A stretch of 64,000 nt of DNA from the NCBI GenBank assembly GCA_963748825.1, contig CAVVKN010000009.1, positions 224,001 through 288,000 of the forward strand, written 5' to 3'. The notes under the pieces were generated by a model that was not told where the DNA came from, did not search any database, and saw only the letters and a program-made list of their open reading frames with translations. Position 1 is the stretch's first letter; each line of letters starts with the position of its first letter. Positions 10,996 to 18,725 of the stretch are shown here, in pieces. This DNA comes from Methanotrichaceae archaeon (lineage in GTDB: Archaea > Halobacteriota > Methanosarcinia > Methanotrichales > Methanotrichaceae). The position numbers were made by a program, and so were the translations under genes.

Positions 10996-11454
10996 TTGAG
11001 CATTCCTGAGCGCTGGAAGAGGCACAAACCCCTGCCCGCCAACATCGAAGAGCGCCTGCAGAGTCTTGCGCCGCTATTGGAAAAAAAGGGCGTGCTTCTC
11101 GCCTATCTCTTCGGCTCCCTGGCGGCAAAGGGTGAAAAAGCTCCGAGAGCGCCCGGCGACGTGGATTTGGCCGTGCTCACCGAAGAGAGGCCGGCCTGGG
11201 AGTTACAAGAGGAGTTGGTTGAGAGTTTGGGCACGGACCGGCTGGACCTGGTGGATCTGCGCAAAGCCTCTCCAGTGCTGCGCTTTGAGATCCTGCGTGG
11301 TGGCAGGCCCATCTACATCTCTGATGAGGAGATCAGGGAACGATACGAGATGGAGACGCTCCACCTCTACCGGGATACTGAACCAATGAGAAGAAGACAG
11401 AGGCAGGCTCTGAAAGAAAGGATGGCGGCATGGCGCTTAAACGAGACGTTGTAG
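10996..11454 (+). CDS. mntA: Minimal nucleotidyltransferase (type VII TA antitoxin, MntA-like)
   Basis: AYLFGS...GDVDLAV, DLVDL motifs; overlaps downstream HEPN gene. Confidence 0.85.
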   Translation: MSIPERWKRHKPLPANIEERLQSLAPLLEKKGVLLAYLFGSLAAKGEKAPRAPGDVDLAVLTEERPAWELQEELVESLGTDRLDLVDLRKASPVLRFEILRGGRPIYISDEEIRERYEMETLHLYRDTEPMRRRQRQALKERMAAWRLNETL

Positions 11455-11853
11455 AGAATCGGTTAAAGGAGCTTGATCTGGTAGTTGCTCAGCTCAATAA
11501 ATACAGGGACTTGCAGCCGGATGCAATGAAACAGGATTTAGAAAAGCGATGGGTGATTGAGAGGGGCCTGGAGGCAGGAGCCCAGCTTATTCTGGAGATT
11601 GCAGACCATATACTCTCCAGCCATTTCGGCAATTTCTGCGAGACTTATGAGGGAACACTGAGAGGACTGTTTGAGAAGAACAATCAAGGGGCTGGGCGGT
11701 ATGCGCAATATCCTGGTCCATCAGTATGTCCAAATAGATCTCGGCATAATCTTCAATGGCTACCATAGAAGCCTGAAGGTCTTCCCCCTCTTTGCAGAGG
11801 AGATAATGGGCTGGATGGATGAACTGATAGATGGGCAGGAAAAAGACGCGTAA
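11430..11853 (+). pseudogene. hepT: HEPN/DUF86 ribonuclease toxin (HepT-like), frameshifted
   Basis: N-terminal helices in 11430..11768; catalytic RNILVH (Rx4H) in another frame (11671..11853). Confidence 0.8.
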
Positions 11854-11883
11854 AGCGAGCTGTTGCGAAGTTCGGGCGTTACC

Positions 11884-12243
11884 TCACAGCACGCACTGGT
11901 TGCAGTCCTGGCAGCCGCATTTGATGTTGGAGATCTTCCATTTCAGCGCCCAGCGCTTCATGTCCTTGACGATGTCGATGATCTCAAGACCACTCTGTGT
12001 GAGGGTGTACTCGCTCTTCACGGGAAAGGATGTGCTGTCCACCCTGTTCTTAACGAGGCCTTCTTTCTCCAGCTCCCGCAGGCGCGCCGAAAGCACCTTT
12101 TGGGTAATGCCAAAAAGGCAGCCCTTCAGCTCGGAAAAGCGCCTGGTGTGCCCTTCTCCCTTGTAGAGCTCCAGGATAATGAGCAGCGTCCATTTTCTGG
12201 CGATGTACTTGACGGTCAGATTTACAGTGCATCCTTCTTGCAT
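11884..12243 (-). CDS. HxlR-family transcriptional regulator with Cys-rich C-tail
   Basis: CTV...KWTLLII...RFSELK...ITQKVLSARLRELEKEGLV...EYTLT; tail CGCQDCNQC. Confidence 0.9.
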   Translation of the reverse strand: MQEGCTVNLTVKYIARKWTLLIILELYKGEGHTRRFSELKGCLFGITQKVLSARLRELEKEGLVKNRVDSTSFPVKSEYTLTQSGLEIIDIVKDMKRWALKWKISNIKCGCQDCNQCVL

Positions 12244-12278
12244 GGTATCCCTGGGGAAACTTTCTAAGCTAAATACCT

Positions 12279-12297
12279 TGGTATCTTTAGTATACCA
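12279..12297. promoter_or_regulatory. Candidate operator TGGTAT-N7-ATACCA between divergent HxlR and hcp
   Basis: Perfect 6-bp inverted repeat just upstream of TTTATAA box of hcp. Confidence 0.5.
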
Positions 12298-12370
12298 TAG
12301 TATGAGAATTTATAAGCGATAGCTGCCTTTAACATTTAAAGAAAAATTTAGATAAATTGAAATAATCGAA

Positions 12371-13696
12371 ATGGAGGATATAGAAATGGCTGCAATTGAG
12401 AAACCGGATATGTTCTGCTACCAGTGCTCCCAGACCGCAGGGGGCACAGGCTGCACCATCAAAGGAGTCTGTGGAAAGGAAGCGATCGTGGCACGTCTGC
12501 AGGACAACCTGCTCTTCGCCATCAAAGGCATCAGCGCCTACCTTTACCATGCACGGGAATTAGGCTACACCGACCCGGATGTGGACGCCTTTATCGAGCG
12601 GGGCTTCTTCTCCACGCTCACCAATGTCAACTTCGATCCCCAGGAGTTTCTAAATCTGGCCGTCAAGGCGGGGGAGATGAACATCAAGACCATGCAACTG
12701 CTCAAGAAGGCGCACATCGAGACCTTCGGCGAGCCCACGCCCACGCAAGTGAAGACCGGCACCGTCGAAGGCTACGGCATTCTGGTCACAGGCCACGACA
12801 TGCATGCTCTTCACAAGCTCCTAAGCCAGGTTGAGGGAACAGACGTCTTCGTATACACCCACTCCGAGATGCTGCCCGCCCACGGTTATCCGGGCCTCAA
12901 GAAGTACAAGAACCTGGCCGGAAACCTGGGAAAGGCCTGGTTCGATCAGCGAAAGCTCTTCGCCCAGTATCCCATGGCCCTGCTGGGCACCTCCAACTGC
13001 TTCCTTATCCCGAAAGATGAGTACAAGGACCGCATGTTCACGGGCGGGCCGGTTCACCTGCCTGGGGTAAAGCACATCGATGGATACGACTACTCTGAGG
13101 TCATTGCCAAGGCCCGCTCACTGCCAGAGTTGCCCGATGCGCCCGGCGAGTATGTGCTCACCACCGGCTTTTCCACCGCGGTCTTACTGGGCCATGCCGC
13201 CAAGATCAAGCAGCTCGTGGAACAGGGCAAGATCAAGAGATTCTTCCTGGTGGGCGGCTGCGACGCGCCCCTGAAAAAGTCGGATTACTACCGCGAGTTC
13301 GTGCAAAAGCTGCCCAAAGATACCGTGGTGCTCACCCTGGCCTGCGGCAAGTTCCGCTTCAACGACCTGGACCTGGGCGACATCGAGGGCATTCCCCGGC
13401 TAATAGATCTCGGCCAGTGCAACGATGCCATCGTGGCACTAGAGGTGGCCCAGGCCCTGGCGGGACTATTTGGCGTAGGCGTGAACGATCTGCCCCTGAC
13501 GCTGGTGGTAAGCTGGATGGAACAGAAGGCGGTGGCCATTCTCTGGTCGCTGCTTGCTTTGGGAATCAAGGGCATTTACCTGGGGCCCATTGTGCCAGGC
13601 TGGATCAATGCAGATATGCTCAAGATCCTGGTGGACAAGTACGATATCAAGCTGATCAGCACCCCGGATGAGGATATCAAGAAGATGATGGGTTGA
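12371..13696 (+). CDS. hcp: Hybrid cluster protein (hydroxylamine/NO reductase), short class III type
   Basis: MFCYQCSQT...[10 protein letters not shown] cubane motif; [33 protein letters not shown]. Confidence 0.95.
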   Translation: MEDIEMAAIEKPDMFCYQCSQTAGGTGCTIKGVCGKEAIVARLQDNLLFAIKGISAYLYHARELGYTDPDVDAFIERGFFSTLTNVNFDPQEFLNLAVKAGEMNIKTMQLLKKAHIETFGEPTPTQVKTGTVEGYGILVTGHDMHALHKLLSQVEGTDVFVYTHSEMLPAHGYPGLKKYKNLAGNLGKAWFDQRKLFAQYPMALLGTSNCFLIPKDEYKDRMFTGGPVHLPGVKHIDGYDYSEVIAKARSLPELPDAPGEYVLTTGFSTAVLLGHAAKIKQLVEQGKIKRFFLVGGCDAPLKKSDYYREFVQKLPKDTVVLTLACGKFRFNDLDLGDIEGIPRLIDLGQCNDAIVALEVAQALAGLFGVGVNDLPLTLVVSWMEQKAVAILWSLLALGIKGIYLGPIVPGWINADMLKILVDKYDIKLISTPDEDIKKMMG

Positions 13697-14168
13697 AAGT
13701 ACTAGTACAAATTTTATTCTTCTTCTTTTTTAAATCTTGAGTGGCTTGAGTTGTATTCTGTCGCAAAGTGCTCTTTTGCCTGAATTAAGGTTAATGCGGT
13801 CAATCATCCATTAATCTTCAAGTCGGGCAGGTTTCGCCAAAGCTATATTCTTGTCAGTGCGATTGCATATTGCATCTCAACTCACCATTGAAGATGCAAA
13901 GGGCAGGCTCAGGCCTGTCCCTTCTCAATCTCATTTTTTAGTCGCGATGTCGCGAATTCAAGAGCATGGGTTCTTGAAGCAAAGCGCCTTGTTTCAACTT
14001 CCTTGTCTATCCACTCGACTAAATCAACATCCATAGATGCTGTGACTTTCACTTTGTTATCGGACATGTACGGCATAATACTCTTTAATCGTATTTAAAT
14101 TTATTTTATACTCAATTATACGATACGCTTAAATACGATAAATGCGTATTATAGATTGATGAGTTGAG

Positions 14169-14516
14169 ATGAATGAAATAACCAAACAAAAAATTGTAGC
14201 CACTGCATCAAGGCTAATCGCGAAATACCCCGATGGCTATCTATCCGAGCCTGAGCTTATCAGATGGGAAGGATGGGCGGTGGCGATCAGAGGGCCAGAT
14301 GTGGATGGCCTCGATACTCCAAAAGCCATTATCAGAGGCTCTTATATGGAGATTAGGGCTTTTGAGATCGCTTATCGTAGGGCGAAAAAAAAGCTCTCCC
14401 TTGATGGTGGATGGCAGGATCGCTATGGAGGCCTAGAATGGCTTCCATCTACATTCGCGAAGAGTTATTGCTCGATTCGCGGTTTCGTTTCTATTATAAT
14501 AGCATTTGAATATTAG
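14169..14516 (+). CDS. Hypothetical protein in AT-rich accessory segment
   Basis: 115-aa ORF behind a TATA-like AT-rich region; no recognisable motif. Confidence 0.45.
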   Translation: MNEITKQKIVATASRLIAKYPDGYLSEPELIRWEGWAVAIRGPDVDGLDTPKAIIRGSYMEIRAFEIAYRRAKKKLSLDGGWQDRYGGLEWLPSTFAKSYCSIRGFVSIIIAFEY

Positions 14517-14567
14517 TTCTTTAGCTGAATAGATATTCCTGGTAAACCGTTTCCAAATGAAACGATT

Positions 14568-14687
14568 TTATACGGATTTACTCGCCGTTTCTTTACTGAT
14601 CGTCACTTTTTTGTCGGCAGCCTTTTGATCTGCTTGGGCCTTCTTACTTTCTCTTCCCGCCGTTATCTCGTCTGATGATTTTGACAT
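14568..14687 (-). CDS. Small charged protein (39 aa, MSKSSDEITAGRESKKAQADQKAADKKVTISKETASKSV), probably leaderless
   Basis: Not in the ORF track; purine-rich tract plus TTATATC about 25-30 nt upstream of ATG on the minus strand. Confidence 0.4.
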   Translation of the reverse strand: MSKSSDEITAGRESKKAQADQKAADKKVTISKETASKSV

Positions 14688-14932
14688 ACTTCTATAACAT
14701 AGATTAAAACAGATATAACTCTTTCTATTTTTTATACGAATTCAAGTTTTAAATTCTAATTTCCTTGGCCCTAGCCTGCCATTCCACAGCTTTCATAAAC
14801 ACTGCCGCACTATATCAATCGGCCCGGAGTCCCATGCTACTCCCCAAGTTGCTTGGACCTATTTCCGGGCCTTAAAACAAATATTCGTGCTTGTCGTTGT
14901 GATCCTGGGCGAAGGGATACCCATAATTCCAT

Positions 14933-15183
14933 CTGACCTCATACCCCACCCTAACGGATGAGGTATGCTTCGGGCCGCACGCCCTCACGCCCGGTTTTAT
15001 GGAATCCAGAAATCGTCGAGCTTTCGTTGCCCAGATCCCCCTTGATCAGAATTATCGTGACTCTGTTTTCGGTTCCCAGAGAGTCCTTGTTAATCAAATC
15101 CAAGAAAATATGAAAACTGGGAGAGGGTTCACTTCATCCCCGACCTGAAGGTAGGAGTATTCGTGACCCTCCGCGCTCCCGAT
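14933..15183 (-). mobile_element. Non-autonomous IS200/IS605-like element (~250 bp)
   Basis: Minus strand starts right after TTAC; left hairpin ...CCTACCTTCAGGTCGGGGATGAA resembles the tnpB left end at 37573; right hairpin ATACCTCATCCGTTAGGGTGGGGTAT then TCAG; no internal ORF. Confidence 0.65.
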
Positions 15184-15187
15184 GTAA

Positions 15188-15508
15188 TTAATACTGCACA
15201 GCAGTAACTTCTCCGGGTGTGCCATCCATTTTATGAATAGGCTTCATGCTCGTGAAAGTGTCAGTAAGTGCTGTATTGTTAGTAGCCATCTTGGGCAACC
15301 ACATCGCGGACGCATTAGCCCCAAAAGTCTGATTTATTTTGTCATTGAATTGCTGGACGGCGATATTATACTGCTCGACATTATTCATCAATCGTCCCAG
15401 CTTTACGCCATCATTCACGCCATTCACGTATGCCTGCTCAACAGGGGACAAAGCCATACTCGGCAGAACGAGAGACAGAAGCATCGCTAGTGCAATAATC
15501 GATTTCAT
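15188..15508 (-). CDS. Small secreted hypothetical protein
   Basis: MKSIIALAMLLSLVLPSMA signal peptide; TTATA just upstream. Confidence 0.7.
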   Translation of the reverse strand: MKSIIALAMLLSLVLPSMALSPVEQAYVNGVNDGVKLGRLMNNVEQYNIAVQQFNDKINQTFGANASAMWLPKMATNNTALTDTFTSMKPIHKMDGTPGEVTAVQY

Positions 15509-15711
15509 AACATAGCGATTGATTATAGTTGATATAAGGGTATTGAGCCAGCAAGATGCGTTCCTTGCTGAACTCAAATGCCCAAGAGGTGGTGGAGATG
15601 CAGGTCTCACAAAAAGCTGCCGGAGAAAAGAAGGTGGGTTTGGATTTGGATTGGAGCTTAAGAACCGCTGGTTACCGCGAATATACCAGCACCCTCTCGC
15701 TCCATATGGTC

Positions 15712-15993
15712 TTAGGCCTCAGACACAGTATAGAGCTCACCTATTGCGCTATGAAACTGCTCAAATCTCTCTTTCAGATCCATCCCTTTTGGCGTAGTCT
15801 TATAAACAACCCGGGAGCCCTCATGGACTGCTTCAATGCATTCATTTTTTATTAAATTGTTTAAATATGGGTTTACCGTCAAGAAGTTCAGATTGGCCTG
15901 ATACACAACCCTTGTTTTGCTCGCACCAGGCACGCATAGTTCCAGAATTTGCGATACAATTAAGTCGTTAGTTCTTCTTTTTGATGTCATCAT
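15712..15993 (-). CDS. Archaeal winged-helix regulator (ArnR1/HTH_45-like)
   Basis: KRRT...IVSQILELC...ASKTRVVYQANLNF...YL..LI...YKTTPKG. Confidence 0.85.
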   Translation of the reverse strand: MMTSKRRTNDLIVSQILELCVPGASKTRVVYQANLNFLTVNPYLNNLIKNECIEAVHEGSRVVYKTTPKGMDLKERFEQFHSAIGELYTVSEA

Positions 15994-16014
15994 ATATCCC
16001 TCCCAATAACCAGT

Positions 16015-16299
16015 TCAATATTCTATGTCACATAATCCTGGTTTTTCGCTGTTGGGGATGAGTTTGTAGATTATGCCGTTCAGATTCAGCTCCACATAGC
16101 CATCCCTTGGCACAGCGTTGTAATTATGAGTAGCAAGGAAGAAAGCCAGGTCCTGAGAATTCATGCGCGTATCTTCGTTGCCCGAGATAAGGTTCTTCAA
16201 ATCCGAAATATCTTCGCCTATGGCTGAGGCCGTGTTCATGAAGGCCATTAGGATGCAAGCGGCCATGATTGCGAGCAGATATTTCGTAACCCATCTCAT
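16015..16299 (-). CDS. Small secreted protein homologous to N-domain of ORF 141..848
   Basis: Signal peptide; DLAFFLATHNYNAVP vs DLAFFLATHGYDAQP; YKLIPN..KPGLCDI vs YLTPNGASPRLADL. Confidence 0.75.
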   Translation of the reverse strand: MRWVTKYLLAIMAACILMAFMNTASAIGEDISDLKNLISGNEDTRMNSQDLAFFLATHNYNAVPRDGYVELNLNGIIYKLIPNSEKPGLCDIEY

Positions 16300-16459
16300 A
16301 GATCATAGTACACTCTTCAGTAATCATATAGACGATTACGTATAGATCTGACTATAATATTGGTCAGATCCTATCGAAACAATTTTACTTAATATTGATT
16401 AGTAATTGTGTAAGCTGGTCCACGAAGATTCGTCTCTGAGGTGTAATAATATCATTCAA

Positions 16460-16760
16460 GAGGCGGAATCCATCTTTCTGGCGCTCCCGGTGGACGCCCG
16501 TACTGTCGCCCTTGCGCCTGGGGGCTACCCAGCATGTACAGTCTTTGAGCCCTTCGTCGTCACTTTGGCTTTTCCATCCCCACACGGTCAGGGTCCTCGG
16601 GCCCGGCCTGGAGCTTGAGGGCCTCGGCCTCCGCCTGGGGCCGCATCCGCTTCTCCTTACAGCCCCCTGTGCTTCCCTGCGAGCCGAAGGCGCACGGGCA
16701 GCCTTCTGCAGGGCTCTGGCATCTCCGGTTAGCCGCCGGGCTTCCCTCTTCAAGCCAAGA
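16460..16760 (-). pseudogene. Degraded small basic hypothetical gene
   Basis: Coding-like pieces in shifting frames: LKREARRLTGDARALQKAA / ALKLQA / LTVWG-MEK-KVTTKGSKT / CWVA / GSARKMD. Confidence 0.35.
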
Positions 16761-16875
16761 AAACCAGGAAGCGTTTCTCACGAGTACGAGTAGGCAATAG
16801 CAGCAAAAATCAAGTCTCGTCGAGCCCCGGCGGGCTGTCACTCCAGGACCTCGGATCCAAAAACAGCTTTGAAGC

Positions 16876-17997
16876 CTAAAAGACCTTATGAATCCCGTTT
16901 ACCTTTTCCTTCAGCCCCTGCAAAGTGAGCTCAAGCTCCGCCGTGATCCTCTTCTTGGTCTCGCTGCCCACATTTATCTCGATGTCAGGCAGCATAAGCG
17001 GCTCTCTTCCTACCAGGTTCATGAAAAACTCCACCCAGTAGGGCGGCAGATACTCGGGTAGCCTCTCACCCCTCATGAGATGAAGGACGCTGGCCCAGGC
17101 CACGGGAACCACCTCCATGTTGTACCCGCCCCCTCCCAACGCCAGCAGCCTTCCTGCGGCGTGCTGCCCGGTCAGCTCGATAATGCGCTGCACCAGATGG
17201 GTGTACCCGTTAAGAGTCATGTTCAGAGTGGTAAGGGGATCGGAGTAGTGGGTGTCCACGCCCAATTGGGCCACAACGGCCTGCGGCTCAAACCACTCAA
17301 AGAGTCTGGGCACGATCTCCTCAAAGGCGCGCCGGTATTCCTCATCCCCGGCGTACATGGGCATGGGTATGTTCACGCTGTAGCCTAATCCCGGGCCCGC
17401 GCCCAGCTCATCGATAAAACCGGTCCCTGGAAAGAGGTATAATCCCGACTCATGCAGAGAGACTGTGAGCACATCAAGATCTTCATAAAAAATCTGCTGC
17501 ACCCCGTCTCCGTGATGGCCATCGATGTCGATGTAAAGAACTCTTTCAAACCTCTCTTTCAGGACGCTGATGGCCAGTGCCGGATCGTCAAAGACGCAAA
17601 AGCCCGAGGCCTGGGAGGGCATGGCGTGATGCAAGCCTCCGCCGATGTTAAAGGCGCTGCAGTCCTCGGCAATTATGCGCCGCGCTGCATCGATGCTGCT
17701 GCCGGCCAGCAGCCGCGAGGCGGCGTAAATGCCGGGAAATACGGGCGTGTCATCGCTGCCCAGGCCAAAGGCCAAATCCGGCACTTCCGCCTGTACAGAT
17801 GCGATATACTCCAGAGTATGCACGCGCTGCAAATCCGCAACCTCTGCGGGCTTGGGCTCGACCTTGCAGGTGAGGTCGTCGATTAGGCCCTCTTCCTCCA
17901 TGAGCTTGTAAGCCAGCATCAAGCGAGCCGGATTGAAGGGATGCTCCGGGCCGAAGTTATAGGCCTGGAATTTTTCGCTGTAATAAAGATAGATCAT
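16876..17997 (-). CDS. acuC: Zn-dependent deacetylase, AcuC/histone deacetylase family
   Basis: HPFNPARL, GGGLHHA, SGFCVF, YIDIDGHHGDG, FPGTG, QLGVD, GGGGY. Confidence 0.9.
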   Translation of the reverse strand: MIYLYYSEKFQAYNFGPEHPFNPARLMLAYKLMEEEGLIDDLTCKVEPKPAEVADLQRVHTLEYIASVQAEVPDLAFGLGSDDTPVFPGIYAASRLLAGSSIDAARRIIAEDCSAFNIGGGLHHAMPSQASGFCVFDDPALAISVLKERFERVLYIDIDGHHGDGVQQIFYEDLDVLTVSLHESGLYLFPGTGFIDELGAGPGLGYSVNIPMPMYAGDEEYRRAFEEIVPRLFEWFEPQAVVAQLGVDTHYSDPLTTLNMTLNGYTHLVQRIIELTGQHAAGRLLALGGGGYNMEVVPVAWASVLHLMRGERLPEYLPPYWVEFFMNLVGREPLMLPDIEINVGSETKKRITAELELTLQGLKEKVNGIHKVF

Positions 17998-18036
17998 AAT
18001 AATTGAGATAGATCTGGGAGCGGATCTATGAAAGGA

Positions 18037-18234
18037 TCATTTGTAGCCTTTTTCAATCAGGCCATCGCTCCAGTAGTTATCACATTTCTTGCAGTAGAAG
18101 ATGGTCTCAATTACGATCTTCTTCCAGCTATCTGCATCCAGTGCCCGGCGGAGTTCCTTTTGCTCGCATTCATTGCCGCATTTGGGACAATAGGGAACGT
18201 AGTGCTCTAAAACGCCCAGGTCCTCGTCAGCCAT
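18037..18234 (-). CDS. Small zinc-ribbon protein
   Basis: CPKC...CKKC pair; GAGG upstream. Confidence 0.7.
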   Translation of the reverse strand: MADEDLGVLEHYVPYCPKCGNECEQKELRRALDADSWKKIVIETIFYCKKCDNYWSDGLIEKGYK

Positions 18235-18725
18235 TTTCTATTCCTCATCAATTCAGGAAGCCGGGCAGGGCAAAAAAGCTGTCGGTTTCAATGCAAATTG
18301 ACGCTGCAGTCAGCCGTGAGATATCGCGCTAGTCCGTGATCGGAGCTATGAAGCGGCATAAGCCAACGGTGAGAGCGGTGAGAACGGTGAGAGGCGAGCG
18401 AGGCGACCTTAGAACGGCTTGCTGTAAAGGAACGCTGTGCGAGATTCCAACTCAGTGACTGCTTTATAGCCCCGCCTTTGATTCTAGCTTGAGCAAGTAC
18501 GGAACGTCAATCGGAAAAATTTAATGGTGGATGGAGGTTTAATCGATCGCCAATAGATATGTGCGATGACTATAATATGGATAGAAAGAGTAGATTCTTC
18601 GTATTCAAGGGAAATGCTGAAAGCGATAGTGGGGAAATTGAGGGGGGAAAAAACCCGGAATATTTAGATCTTCAAATTTAAACCATATTAGTTTTTGAAG
18701 GGAAGACAAAAAAGAGGGGAGAAGA

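Noticed and set aside
18367-18395. Triple CGGTGAGA repeat inside a possible 36-aa ORF
   Set aside because: Too short and low-complexity to support a call
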